From Candidatus Xenobia bacterium (lineage in GTDB: Bacteria > Vulcanimicrobiota > Xenobia > Xenobiales > QWHO01): a DNA stretch of 42,147 nucleotides. Made by a program: the position numbers and the translations under genes. Positions 1 through 9,513 of the stretch are shown in pieces (the first letter of the stretch is position 1; each line of letters starts with the position of its first letter). The DNA lies in assembly GCA_045863235.1 (NCBI GenBank), contig BTUM01000069.1:1-42147 (forward strand), written 5' to 3'. The notes under the pieces are model-generated. The model was not told the DNA's origin, did no database searches, and saw only the letters and a list, made by a program, of their open reading frames with translations.

Positions 1-69
1 TGGCCGCTACCCAGGAGTCCCTGGCCGCTACCCAGGAGTCCCTGGCCGCTACCCAGGAGTCCCTGGCCG
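1..69 (+). repeat. Perfect 21-bp tandem repeat (TGGCCGCTACCCAGGAGTCCC x3 plus partial), coding heptad
   Basis: Three identical adjacent units at 1-63 plus TGGCCG; may continue beyond the window. Confidence 0.95.
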
Positions 70-311
70 GAACGCAAGGGGCACAGGTCTCCATGCAGGC
101 GTCGATCAACAGGCTCGAAGAGGCACAGGCCTCTACCAGCCAGGCCGTGCTCCGGCTGCGGGCCGACCTCGACCAGGCGCAGGCCAGCGACGAGGCCCAG
201 GAGAGCAATCTGGGCAAGGTCGTCCGGGCACTCAACACCTTCGTGGATGGCTATGACGTGCGCCTGTCCAATGTCGAGCAGCGCCTCGAGCGATTGGAGA
301 AGACCGCCTGA
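1..311 (+). CDS. 5'-truncated coiled-coil protein (C-terminal part)
   Basis: Frame of ORF 93..311 is open to the window edge; heptad repeats AATQESL, then a coiled-coil tail ending RLSNVEQRLERLEKTA. Confidence 0.75.
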   Translation, partial: AATQESLAATQESLAATQESLAGTQGAQVSMQASINRLEEAQASTSQAVLRLRADLDQAQASDEAQESNLGKVVRALNTFVDGYDVRLSNVEQRLERLEKTA

Positions 312-330
312 GGCGTTAAACGCTTCAGGC
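306..330 (+). terminator. Stem-loop over the stop codon of the coiled-coil gene
   Basis: GCCTGAGGCGT-TAA-ACGCTTCAGGC, 11-bp stem with one G-U pair; no U-tract. Confidence 0.4.
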
Positions 331-378
331 GCTGGCGCGGCGCGAGGGCCCGGGCCGGAAGGGCGCGAACCTCAGGGG

Positions 379-1401
379 GTGGATCCGCTGCGCCCGACCT
401 CCTCAACCGGCCCCTTCCCGCGCTCGGGTCCGCCCGCCCGAGTGGCCGAGGAGGGGCCGTGCGATGGCTTCGCCCCCGGCCTGGTGCGCCCGGGGCGCCC
501 GGAGGAGGAGCCGAAGACCAGGGTCGAGCTCATCCACCCTCTCACGGCCGAGGAATTCCTCTCTGACCTCCAGTCCGCGCTGCGGCTGCTGCCGCGCCGG
601 CTTGTGGCCAGCATCGCCGAGCAGGGCTACCGGCTGCACGTAGTGGACAGCCAGGGGGTCTATCCCCTGACCCTGGAGGTGGAGGAGGTCCACGACCCGC
701 CCCTGGAGGACCTCCAGGCGGAAGCCTCCAGCCTGGCCGAGCTGGCTGGCCAGCGAGGACTTGCGCCTGACGCGGAATGGTTGGGCCGCGTGCTGCCGGC
801 CAACCCCGAGCTGAACGTGCTGCGCGACCACCCGGCCGAAACCCCGCTGACCCCGGGTCAGAGCCTGCAGGTCCCGGCCTGCTACGGTTGGCAGGGCCGC
901 CGAGTCAGCCCGGCCGCCTGGAGCTTTCTGACCGCACCCCGGCTCACCAACCTGGCCGGAATGGTGATCAACGGCGAGCTTGCCGGCCTGAAGGGCACGC
1001 AACTGGCCATCGTCCTTTGGGACAAGGTCTTCCGCCGGGGAGACGGTCTGGCGGATTGGTACGTGCTCCACGAGCTGGGCCACACTACCGACTTCAGCTT
1101 CGCCTTCCGGCAACCCCAGTCATGGCGAGAATGGCGGGGGCGCCTGGAGGCGGCCTTCGGTCAGGCCAGCTTTCTGACGCGCTACGCCAGCGAGAGCCCC
1201 GTGGAATATTTTGCCGAGGGGTTCGCCGCCTGGGCTACCCCGGCCGGCCATCGCCGCGCCCCCAGGCCCGGGGTCGAGCCCGAGCCCCTGGCCCGACAGC
1301 GCTATGAGGTCGACCGGGCCGTGCTGCAAGAGCGCGACTCGGAGCTCTACTCGCTGGTCGAGGAGGCGGTGCGGCAGACGGGCACCTCGAAATACTCCTG
1401 A
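379..1401 (+). CDS. Zinc metallopeptidase, anthrax lethal factor/Pro-Pro endopeptidase-like, with LysM-like insertion
   Basis: VLHELGH (HExxH) and downstream YASESPVEYFAEGF; ANPEL...LTPGQSLQVP resembles a LysM C-terminal half; GTG start at 379 inferred. Confidence 0.65.
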   Translation: MDPLRPTSSTGPFPRSGPPARVAEEGPCDGFAPGLVRPGRPEEEPKTRVELIHPLTAEEFLSDLQSALRLLPRRLVASIAEQGYRLHVVDSQGVYPLTLEVEEVHDPPLEDLQAEASSLAELAGQRGLAPDAEWLGRVLPANPELNVLRDHPAETPLTPGQSLQVPACYGWQGRRVSPAAWSFLTAPRLTNLAGMVINGELAGLKGTQLAIVLWDKVFRRGDGLADWYVLHELGHTTDFSFAFRQPQSWREWRGRLEAAFGQASFLTRYASESPVEYFAEGFAAWATPAGHRRAPRPGVEPEPLARQRYEVDRAVLQERDSELYSLVEEAVRQTGTSKYS

Positions 1402-1928
1402 TAGTCGATTCCGTCCGTGGCGGCACCCACGTGCACGCGCCAGGTCACGTACCGGCCGTCCGATTCGGGGCCCTGCTCGGGGATGTCGAACACGAAGCTG
1501 AGCAGGGTGCGATCCGCCTCGACGCGCGGGTGAGCGGTGGTATCCTCGGCCAGCAAGAGCAGCTTGCCATGGTCGACGCATTGCAGGGCCAGGCGCGCCG
1601 CCGCCATGCCAGGCACGGCCCGGGGCACCACGATGGTGCCGCCTCCTCGCTGGCCGGGAATCCAGGGCACCCGGTCGAGCACCAGCTCGGAGACTCCGAA
1701 ACGGCGCCGCTGGAGAAAGCGCGAGAAGACCGCCAGCAACCAGGGCATGGGAACCGCCAGGGCCACCAGCACCAGCGCGACCCAGAAAGGCCAGCGCTCG
1801 ATCACGGCATTGACGGCGAAGCCAAGCAACAACCCCGGGATCAGCACCTGACCTGTCTGCACCCGGTCAGGCACGGGCGGAGGCTCCGTGCTCGGAACGC
1901 GCAGGCTGGCCCAGCGCTCGAGATTCAC
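1347..1928 (-). CDS. Hypothetical membrane protein (2 TM plus beta-rich C-terminal domain)
   Basis: GTG start overlaps the TGA of the upstream gene (GTGA at 1928-1925); two hydrophobic segments; C-terminal GIDYQEYFEVPV. Confidence 0.7.
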   Translation of the reverse strand: MNLERWASLRVPSTEPPPVPDRVQTGQVLIPGLLLGFAVNAVIERWPFWVALVLVALAVPMPWLLAVFSRFLQRRRFGVSELVLDRVPWIPGQRGGGTIVVPRAVPGMAAARLALQCVDHGKLLLLAEDTTAHPRVEADRTLLSFVFDIPEQGPESDGRYVTWRVHVGAATDGIDYQEYFEVPVCRTASSTSE

Positions 1929-2449
1929 CGGGGTTGAAACACCGCCTGAAAGCGCGGCTGCTGGTGGCGCTCGAGGGTATAGGTCAAGCGCTGGCCGTCC
2001 GGGCTGAACTCCAGGCACCACGCGTTGCTGCTGGCCTCGGGCAGCATGGCCGCGGTTTCTCTATCAGCCGGGAAGATCTGAACCAGGCCCAGGCCCCCGG
2101 GCAGGGCCAGCCCCCCGTACATCGTGACCGGGTCGGGGCTGCCATCGGCCAGACGGTGGTCGTGCTTGAGCAACAATCCGTCCACCGTCTGACGCAGGAT
2201 CCAGGTGCGCGAGGCATCCTCACCCACCTGGAAGGGGATGCGGATCTCCTCGGCGGAGACGACCTGGACCCTTAGCAGCATGGGCTTTCCGGCCATTTCG
2301 TGATCGGGGCGGTCAGTGGGGTAGACCATGCGCCCCTCGAAGGTGCGCCCGTCCAGCGCCCGCCAGCGCTCAAAGAAGGCCAGCGAAGCCGGATCGGTCT
2401 CGGCCAGCGAGGGGGCGAGCAGCAGCAGGCAGAGGAGCAGAGCGCGCAT
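1925..2449 (-). CDS. Conserved secreted hypothetical protein
   Basis: Signal peptide MRALLLCLLLLAPSLA; motifs IRIPFQVGEDASRTW and LKHDHR..DGSPDPVTMYGG; TGATG coupling with upstream gene. Confidence 0.8.
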   Translation of the reverse strand: MRALLLCLLLLAPSLAETDPASLAFFERWRALDGRTFEGRMVYPTDRPDHEMAGKPMLLRVQVVSAEEIRIPFQVGEDASRTWILRQTVDGLLLKHDHRLADGSPDPVTMYGGLALPGGLGLVQIFPADRETAAMLPEASSNAWCLEFSPDGQRLTYTLERHQQPRFQAVFQPR

Positions 2450-2871
2450 CAGTCGCGCTTGTGCTTGCCCGCTTTGAGGCATTCCTTGGCGCGGATCAAT
2501 GTGCCGTCGTCCTCTTTCTCGATCACGATCGTGATGGACTCGCCCTTCTCGGCTCCCGGAAAGCCGCTCCAGGTGAAGAGGGTCTGGCCCAGATCAGTAT
2601 CCTCCTCCATCTTTGCCTGGGAGAAATTGGTCTTGTACCAATCGCGCACCTTGTCGGGCGGGTCGGCGGTCTTGAAGTCGAAGTACTTGGAGTAGAAGGC
2701 ACCGTCGTCGCCGGCAAGATCGGCTCCGGCCAGGGACTGCCCCGGATCGGGCGCAGCTTTGGGGTAGATGGGGATCTTGTCCGGGTGGATGGCCCCTTCG
2801 GCTTTGGGTGGGGCGCTCGAGCAGGCGCAGAGAAACAGGGCAATGAGAAAGACGAACAGATGATGACGCAT
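2449..2871 (-). CDS. Hypothetical lipoprotein
   Basis: Lipobox-type signal LFVFLIALFLCAC; DPPDKVRDWYK motif. Confidence 0.75.
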   Translation of the reverse strand: MRHHLFVFLIALFLCACSSAPPKAEGAIHPDKIPIYPKAAPDPGQSLAGADLAGDDGAFYSKYFDFKTADPPDKVRDWYKTNFSQAKMEEDTDLGQTLFTWSGFPGAEKGESITIVIEKEDDGTLIRAKECLKAGKHKRD

Positions 2872-2931
2872 GAGCCCGAGTTTCGAGGCCGTCCGGGCAA
2901 CTTTCCTCCGACCGACCGGTTCCATCCGGGC

Positions 2932-3849
2932 ATGAAGAAAGCCCGGCTCCTCCTCGCCACCCTCATCCTCGCGGTGACCGCCGCCGTCTTCGCCCAGCGC
3001 GACGACCCTCTGCTCGAGGGCAAGCTCAGCGTGGACGGACGCGAGCGCACCTACCGCCTGGCTCTACCCGACAAGCTGGATGGTCCCACCCCCCTGGTGC
3101 TGATCTTCCACGGGGGCGGAGGAAACTCTCGCCAGATGGCCCGCCACACCGGCTTTGCCAGGCTGGCTCGCCAGGAAGGGTTCATCGCCGTCTTCCCGGA
3201 CGGATACAAGAACAACTGGAACGACGGTCGGACCGATTTCAAAGCTCCCGCGTTCAAGGAGCAGGTGGACGACCTGGCCTTCATCCGCCAGCTGCTCGAC
3301 GAACTGAGCAAGAAGTATCCGGTCGACCCCGAGCGCATCTTTACCACCGGCATCTCCAACGGCGGGATCTTCTCCCACTACCTGGCGGCCCGCATGGCCG
3401 AACGAATTCGGGCCGCGGCCCCGGTGGTGGGCGGCATCGCCGAGCCGGTGGCTGCCTCGTTCGCCCCCTCGCGGCCGGTCTCGATCCTGATCCTCCAGGG
3501 CACCGACGACCCGCTGGTTCCCTACGCCGGGGGCGGGGTGGGATTTCGCGGCGAGCGGGGCCGGATCGTCTCCACCCAGAAGGCTCTGGAGCTCTGGCGC
3601 CAGGCCGATGGATGCCAGCCAGAGGCCCGGGTGGACGAGCTCGAGGATCGCGACCCCGAGGATGGCTGCCGCGTGACTCGCTCGGTCTGGGCTGGCAAGA
3701 ATGGGACCGAGGTGGCCTATTACGAAGTGCGAGGTGGGGGGCACGGCTGGCCCGGCTCCTCGCAGTATCTGCCTCGGCGCACCATCGGCACGGTCTGTCA
3801 GGACTTCGACGCCACCCGGGTCATCTGGGACTTCTTCAAGTCACGCTGA
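2932..3849 (+). CDS. Secreted LpqC/PHB-depolymerase-family alpha/beta esterase
   Basis: Signal peptide MKKARLLL; FHGGGG, GISNGG nucleophile elbow, GTDDPLVPY, GGGHGWPG. Confidence 0.85.
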   Translation: MKKARLLLATLILAVTAAVFAQRDDPLLEGKLSVDGRERTYRLALPDKLDGPTPLVLIFHGGGGNSRQMARHTGFARLARQEGFIAVFPDGYKNNWNDGRTDFKAPAFKEQVDDLAFIRQLLDELSKKYPVDPERIFTTGISNGGIFSHYLAARMAERIRAAAPVVGGIAEPVAASFAPSRPVSILILQGTDDPLVPYAGGGVGFRGERGRIVSTQKALELWRQADGCQPEARVDELEDRDPEDGCRVTRSVWAGKNGTEVAYYEVRGGGHGWPGSSQYLPRRTIGTVCQDFDATRVIWDFFKSR

Positions 3850-3987
3850 GCCTGGCCAGTTCGCCAGCGAGTCTCCTCTTTCCGGGCCAGTGACCAGAGT
3901 GCACATCGATTCCGGGCTGGAGGACCCTCCTGACCCGTAAACGAATGCACGCCCGCGCGTCCCATTCCCTGATCGGAGCTTTGTGCC

Positions 3988-5553
3988 ATGCTGAAATTCA
4001 AAGTCACTTACGCCACCCTGACGGCCGACAACACCGAGCTGCACGCCCAGCTCGACGAGGCCTTCGCGAAAGTCAAGGCGGAGTTCGGCAAGGAATTTTC
4101 CTTGCTCATCAACGGCCAGCAGCGAACCGGCAACCAGACCATCTCCAGCTTCAACCCGGCAGCCAGCGAAGTGCTGATCGGCAAAGTGCACGCCGCCACC
4201 GAGGCCGACGTCAAAGAGGCCGTTGCGGCCGCCCGAGCCGCTTACCCCGCCTGGCGCCGGACCCCCTGGCAGGAGCGCTGTCGCCTGCTCGAGCGAGCCG
4301 CCGAGATCATCCGCGAGCGCTCCTATGAGCTGACCGCCTGGCTCGTCTACGAGAACGGCAAGAACCGGGTCGAGGCCCTGGGCGAGATCGAGGAAACGGC
4401 CGATCTTTACGACTACTATGCCCAGCAGATGCGGGCCAACGACGGGTTCGTGCGCGAGATGAACAAGCTCTCGCCGGCCGACAGCAACACCAGCGTGCTG
4501 CGCCCCTACGGCGTGTGGGCCGTGGTGGCTCCCTTCAACTTCCCTTACGCCCTTCTGGGCGCGCCCATGGCGGCCGCCCTGGTGGCGGGCAACACGGTGG
4601 TGGGCAAGCCCTCCTCCGAGACCCCCATCTCGGGCGCCCTGATCGCCGAGATCTTCCACCAGGCCGGCTTCCCGGCCGGGGTGGTCAACCTGGTGGCGGG
4701 CGGCGGTCGGGTGGTCGGCAAAACCCTGGTCGAGCACCCGGACGTGGACGGCGTGACCTTCACCGGGTCGTATGACGTGGGCTTCAAGCAGCTGTTCAAG
4801 AACTTCAGCCAGCGCTATCCCAAGCCGTGCATCGCCGAGATGGGCGGCAAGAACCCGGCCGTGATCACCCAGCACGCCGATCTCGACCGGGCCGTGCAGG
4901 GCGTCTTCCGCTCGGCCTTCGGGATGGGCGGCCAGAAGTGCTCGGCCTGCTCGCGCGTCTTCGTGCACGAGGAGGTGGCCGACAAGTTCCTGGCCGGACT
5001 CAAGGAGATGGCCGAGAAGGCGGTGATTGGCGATCCAAGCGACAAGAACGTCTTCCTGGGCCCGGTGGGCCTGAAATCAGGCTATGAGGACTACAAGCGC
5101 TTCGCCGAGCTGGCCCGCAAGGACGGCAAGGTGGTCAGCGGCGCCGAGGTCTTCAGCGAGGGACCGCTGTCGAAGGGATACTTCGTCAAGCCCACCATCG
5201 TGACCGACCTGCCTTCCGACCACGAGCTGGTCAAGACCGAGCTCTTTCTGCCCATCGTGGTGGTGGAGCGGGTCAAGAGCCTGGACGAAGGCCTGCGCAA
5301 GGCCAATGACACCGACCTGGGCCTGACCGCCGGGTTCTTCAGCCAGCGTCAAGACGAGGTGGACGAGTTCCTGGACCGCATCGAGGCCGGCGTGGTCTAC
5401 GTCAATCGCGCCGCCGGAGCCACCACCGGTGCCTGGCCGGGCGTACAGCCGTTCGGAGGCTGGAAGGGGTCGGGTTCCACCGGCAAGAATATCGGCGGGC
5501 TTTACACCGTGCAGTGCTATCTGCGCGAGCAGAGCCGCACCATCACATCCTAG
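3988..5553 (+). CDS. Aldehyde dehydrogenase (P5C-dehydrogenase/RocA-like)
   Basis: PFNFP, FTGS, EMGGKN (catalytic Glu), GQKCSACSR (catalytic Cys), QPFGGWKGSG; GGAG RBS. Confidence 0.9.
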   Translation: MLKFKVTYATLTADNTELHAQLDEAFAKVKAEFGKEFSLLINGQQRTGNQTISSFNPAASEVLIGKVHAATEADVKEAVAAARAAYPAWRRTPWQERCRLLERAAEIIRERSYELTAWLVYENGKNRVEALGEIEETADLYDYYAQQMRANDGFVREMNKLSPADSNTSVLRPYGVWAVVAPFNFPYALLGAPMAAALVAGNTVVGKPSSETPISGALIAEIFHQAGFPAGVVNLVAGGGRVVGKTLVEHPDVDGVTFTGSYDVGFKQLFKNFSQRYPKPCIAEMGGKNPAVITQHADLDRAVQGVFRSAFGMGGQKCSACSRVFVHEEVADKFLAGLKEMAEKAVIGDPSDKNVFLGPVGLKSGYEDYKRFAELARKDGKVVSGAEVFSEGPLSKGYFVKPTIVTDLPSDHELVKTELFLPIVVVERVKSLDEGLRKANDTDLGLTAGFFSQRQDEVDEFLDRIEAGVVYVNRAAGATTGAWPGVQPFGGWKGSGSTGKNIGGLYTVQCYLREQSRTITS

Positions 5554-5564
5554 AAAGCTGCACG

Positions 5565-6845
5565 ATGATGTCTGAAGTCATGGATCTGGCCACCCACCCC
5601 ATCCTGCTGCGCACCGAGCTGCCCGGGCCACTCGCCCGTGCGGCCATCGAGCGCGACAAGCAGCACATGTCGCCCTCACTCATCCACTGCTATCCGCTCT
5701 ACGTCAAGAAGGCGGCCGGCTGCATGGTGGAAGACCTGGACGGCAACATCCTGCTCGACTGCCAGGCGGGGGTGGCCACCGCCTCCACGGGCCATTGCCA
5801 TCCGGCCGTGGCGGCCGCCGTCAAGGAGCAGGTGGACACCCTGATCCACATCTGCGGCACCGACTTTTTCTACCCGGGCTATGGCGCGCTCTGCGACCGG
5901 CTCGACCGGCTTGCGCCCAGGGTGGACAACGGTTGGCAGGTGTTCTTGTCCAACTCGGGCACCGAATCGGTGGAGGCGGCCATCAAACTGACCCGCTACC
6001 ACACCGGCCGGCACCACATGATCGCCTTCCGGGGCGGTTTCCACGGACGCTCCATGGGCTCGCTCTCACTCACGGCCAGCAAGACCAAGTATCGCAAGGG
6101 GTTCGGGCCGCTCATCCCGGGCATTCACCACGTGGAGTACGGCGACATCGAGGCCATCGAGAAGGGCCTGTTCCGCTCCACCCTGCCGGCCAACGAGGTC
6201 GCTGCCATCGTCGTGGAGCCGATCCTGGGCGAGGGCGGCTACATCGTGCCCGACAAGAGCTTCCTGCTCGAGTTGCGCGAGATGTGCGACGAGCACGGCA
6301 TCATGCTGGTATTCGACGAGGTGCAGGCGGGCATGGGTCGCACCGGCAAGATGTTCGCCTGCGAGCACTTCGGGGTCACGCCCGACGTGATCTTGCTGGC
6401 CAAGGGCATCGCCTCGGGCTTCCCGCTGGGAGCCATGATGGCCCGCAAAGAGTTCATGACCTGGCCGGCCGGCTCGCACGGCTCCACCTGCGGCGGCAAC
6501 CCGGTCTGCATCGCCGCCGCCATGGCGACCCTGGACCTGTTGGAGGGCTCGCTCATCAAGAACGCCGCCGAGGTGGGCGCTTTCTTCAAGAAGGCTCTGC
6601 ACGACAGGCTGACATCCAACCCCATCGTCAAGGACGTGCGCGGACTGGGCCTGATGCTGGGGGTGGAGTTCGATACCCACGACCACTCCGAGCGGGTCGC
6701 CAACCGCTGCTACGAGCGGGGCCTGCTGGTGCTCGAGTGCGGAGCCAGCACCATCCGCATCTCCCCTCCCCTGGTCATCACCCAGGAACAGGCCCGGGTG
6801 GCCGCCGACCTCTTCGCCCAGGTGTGCCAGGAGGTGGCCGCCTGA
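5565..6845 (+). CDS. Class-III PLP aminotransferase (4-aminobutyrate/acetylornithine-AT-like)
   Basis: NSGTESVEAAIK, FHGRSMG, EPILGEGG, FDEVQAGMGRTG, AKGIASG. Confidence 0.9.
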   Translation: MMSEVMDLATHPILLRTELPGPLARAAIERDKQHMSPSLIHCYPLYVKKAAGCMVEDLDGNILLDCQAGVATASTGHCHPAVAAAVKEQVDTLIHICGTDFFYPGYGALCDRLDRLAPRVDNGWQVFLSNSGTESVEAAIKLTRYHTGRHHMIAFRGGFHGRSMGSLSLTASKTKYRKGFGPLIPGIHHVEYGDIEAIEKGLFRSTLPANEVAAIVVEPILGEGGYIVPDKSFLLELREMCDEHGIMLVFDEVQAGMGRTGKMFACEHFGVTPDVILLAKGIASGFPLGAMMARKEFMTWPAGSHGSTCGGNPVCIAAAMATLDLLEGSLIKNAAEVGAFFKKALHDRLTSNPIVKDVRGLGLMLGVEFDTHDHSERVANRCYERGLLVLECGASTIRISPPLVITQEQARVAADLFAQVCQEVAA

Positions 6846-8116
6846 GCGAGCTCGTTACCCGCCAGTCCGAGCGGGTCTTCTTCACCTGGACGGCTCAGAA
6901 GAAGGCGGCTCCGCTCGAGGTCATCGGCGGCGAAGGGGCCCGCTTTCAGACCGCCTACGGGGACTGGTGGTGGGATCTGGGCAGCACCACCTGGAACGCC
7001 AACCTGGGCCATGGCCACCCGGCCATGCGCGCCGCCCTGACCGAGGCTGCCTCGCGCGGCCTGGTGGCCGGGCCCACGGCCGTTTTCCCGGACAAGGCCC
7101 GGGCCGGCGAGTTGCTGGCCGAGATCACCCCGCCCGGCCTCTCCAAGAGCTTTCTCTGCCTCTCGGGAGCCGAGGCCAACGAGAACGCCATCAAGATCGC
7201 CCGGCTCGTGACCGGACGCTCGAAGGTGGTCAGCCGCACCCGCAGCTACCACGGCGCCACCCTGGCCGCCCTCTCCATCTCGGGCGACCCGCGCCGCGAG
7301 CCCTTCGAGCCGGGCTACCCGGGCGTGGTGCGCATGACCGACCCCTACTGCTACCGCTGCAACTTCGGCCTCAGCCCCGACAGCTGCCAACGCGAGTGTG
7401 CTCAAGACCTGGAGCGGGCCCTGCTGGAGGCCGGCCCCGAGACCGTGGCGGCGGTGATCGTGGAGGGCGTGACCGGCGCCAACGGGGTCTTCCCCGCCCC
7501 GCCAGGTTACTTCACGCGCCTGCGCGAGCTGTGCGACCGTTACGGGGTGCTCATGGTCGCTGACGAGGTGCTCTCGGGCTTCGGCCGCACCGGCAAGTGG
7601 TTCGCGGTCGATCACGAGCCGGTCGTGCCCGATCTGTTGACCTGCGCCAAGGGGCTTACCGGGGGTTACGCGCCCGGAGGCGCAGTGGTGGTGCACGAGC
7701 GCATCGCTCGCCACTTCGACGAGGAAACTCTGCTCTGCGGGCTGACGGCTTATGCCCACCCGCTCGTCTGTACCGCCATCCGAGCCGCCATCGAGGCGTA
7801 CCGGGCCGACAACCTGATCGAGCGAGCCGCGCAGCTCGGTCAATGGTTGGGAGAGCGACTGAGCGTCTTGCGGACGCGCCCCTGCGTCGGCGATGTACGC
7901 GGCCTGGGCCTGCTGTGGGCGGTGGAGCTGGTGCGGCCCGGCACCCGCGAGCCGCTGGACGCCACCGGGGTCTACAACGCTTTGAAAAGGCGCCGTGTGT
8001 ATACTCACCGGCGCGACAACATGATTTACCTGGCGCCTCCGCTGGTGATCGGCCAGGAGCAGCTCGACGAGGTCGTGGGGCTGCTCGAGCAGGCGCTGGA
8101 CGAAGGGACAGCATGA
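6842..8116 (+). CDS. Second class-III PLP aminotransferase, probable CTG start
   Basis: SGAEANENAIK, SYHGAT, DPYCYRC, ADEVLSGFGRTG, AKGLTGG; in-frame CTG at 6842 overlaps upstream TGA and follows GGAGG. Confidence 0.88.
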   Translation: MSELVTRQSERVFFTWTAQKKAAPLEVIGGEGARFQTAYGDWWWDLGSTTWNANLGHGHPAMRAALTEAASRGLVAGPTAVFPDKARAGELLAEITPPGLSKSFLCLSGAEANENAIKIARLVTGRSKVVSRTRSYHGATLAALSISGDPRREPFEPGYPGVVRMTDPYCYRCNFGLSPDSCQRECAQDLERALLEAGPETVAAVIVEGVTGANGVFPAPPGYFTRLRELCDRYGVLMVADEVLSGFGRTGKWFAVDHEPVVPDLLTCAKGLTGGYAPGGAVVVHERIARHFDEETLLCGLTAYAHPLVCTAIRAAIEAYRADNLIERAAQLGQWLGERLSVLRTRPCVGDVRGLGLLWAVELVRPGTREPLDATGVYNALKRRRVYTHRRDNMIYLAPPLVIGQEQLDEVVGLLEQALDEGTA

Positions 8117-8811
8117 AAGTCGTCAAGGACGCCCGCCAGGCCCTGCAGGGGCTGGAGTCGGGCATGAGCGTGATGTCCGGGGGCTTCGGCCTGTGCGGCA
8201 ACCCCGAGCAGTGCATCAAGACCCTGGCCGAGAGCGGGATCAAAGACCTCACCATCATCAGCAACAACTGCGGCAACCAGGGCCGTGGTCTGGCGGCCCT
8301 GCTGCAGAATCGCCAGGTCTCCAAAGTAGTCTGCAGCTTCATCGGGGGCAACCCCGATCTGGCCGCCCAGTACCTGGCCGGCGAGGTGCAGGTGGAGCTC
8401 AACCCGCAGGGCACCCTGGCCGAGCGCATCCGGGCCGGCGGGGCCGGGCTGGGAGGCTTCTTCACCCCCACCGGGGTGGGCACGGCCGTGGCCGATGGCA
8501 AAGAGCTGCGCGAGATCGACGGGCGACTCTACCTGTTCGAAAAGCCCCTCAAGGCCGACTTTGCCCTGGTGCGAGCGGCCGTGGGGGACACGTTCGGCAA
8601 CCTGCGCTTTTACCGAACCTCGCGCAACTTCAACCCGCTGATGGCCATGGCTGCCCGGGTGACCGTGGCCGAGGTGGACAAGCTCGTGGAGGTGGGCGAA
8701 CTCGACCCGGACGACATCCACCTGCCGGGACTCTTCGTCGACCGCATCTTTGAAGCGAGCCACGAGAACCCCATCGAGCACCGCACGGTGCGAACCAGGG
8801 AGGCCAGATGA
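8113..8811 (+). CDS. scoA: 3-oxoacid CoA-transferase subunit A
   Basis: GGFGLCGNP, ISNNCG, PQGTLAERIRAGGAG, RNFNPLMA; ATGA overlap. Confidence 0.88.
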   Translation: MKVVKDARQALQGLESGMSVMSGGFGLCGNPEQCIKTLAESGIKDLTIISNNCGNQGRGLAALLQNRQVSKVVCSFIGGNPDLAAQYLAGEVQVELNPQGTLAERIRAGGAGLGGFFTPTGVGTAVADGKELREIDGRLYLFEKPLKADFALVRAAVGDTFGNLRFYRTSRNFNPLMAMAARVTVAEVDKLVEVGELDPDDIHLPGLFVDRIFEASHENPIEHRTVRTREAR

Positions 8812-9440
8812 GCTGGAGTCGAGAGGAGCAAGCCCGGCGCGCCGGCGCCGAGCTGAAGGATGGGGACATCGTCAATCTGGGTATCGGCCTGCCCACCGAG
8901 GTAGCCAACTACGTGCCCGAAGGCATCCAGGTGATGTTCCACTCCGAGAACGGCCTGCTGGGGATGGGCCCGTTCCCCTACGAGGACGAGATCGACCCCC
9001 AGGTCATCAACGCCGGCAAGCAGACCGTCACTCTGGCCAGGGGCGCGAGCTTGTTCGATTCGGCTCTTTCCTTTGCCATGATCCGGGGCGGACACGTGGA
9101 TGTGGCCATCCTGGGCGGGCTGGAGGTGGCCCAGAACGGCGACCTGGCCAACTGGATGATCCCCGGCAAGATGGTCACCGGCATGGGGGGCGCCATGGAC
9201 CTGGCCGGCGGCGCCAAGAAGACGCTGGTCATGCAGACTCACACCTCCAAGACCGGCGAGAGCAAGCTGATGGATCGGCTCAGCCTGCCGGCCACCGCGC
9301 TGGGCTGCGTCAACCGGGTGATCACCGAGTTGGGCGTGTTCGACTGCTGCGGGGACCACTTCTTGTGCCTGGAGCTGGCTCCGGGGGTCAGTCGCGAGGA
9401 AGCGGTGGCCAGGACGAAAGGCGAGCTGCGGTTCGCCTGA
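8808..9440 (+). CDS. scoB: 3-oxoacid CoA-transferase subunit B
   Basis: VNLGIGLPT, HSENG (catalytic Glu), INAGKQ, GDLANW, GMGGAMDL. Confidence 0.88.
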   Translation: MSWSREEQARRAGAELKDGDIVNLGIGLPTEVANYVPEGIQVMFHSENGLLGMGPFPYEDEIDPQVINAGKQTVTLARGASLFDSALSFAMIRGGHVDVAILGGLEVAQNGDLANWMIPGKMVTGMGGAMDLAGGAKKTLVMQTHTSKTGESKLMDRLSLPATALGCVNRVITELGVFDCCGDHFLCLELAPGVSREEAVARTKGELRFA

Positions 9441-9513
9441 TGCGACTGCTGCGCGGGCTCCTTCTGCTGGCCAGCCTGACGGCTGCCAGCAAGCGAGGGA
9501 ACCTCGCCGGGTT

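Noticed and set aside
1..69. Possible CRISPR array
   Set aside because: Repeats are directly adjacent with no spacers, in frame within a CDS, and no cas genes are present
5795..6841. N-terminal 350 aa of the 773-aa ORF as a fusion domain
   Set aside because: Off-frame shadow of the first aminotransferase (Arg/Pro/Gly-rich nonsense); homology starts at 6842
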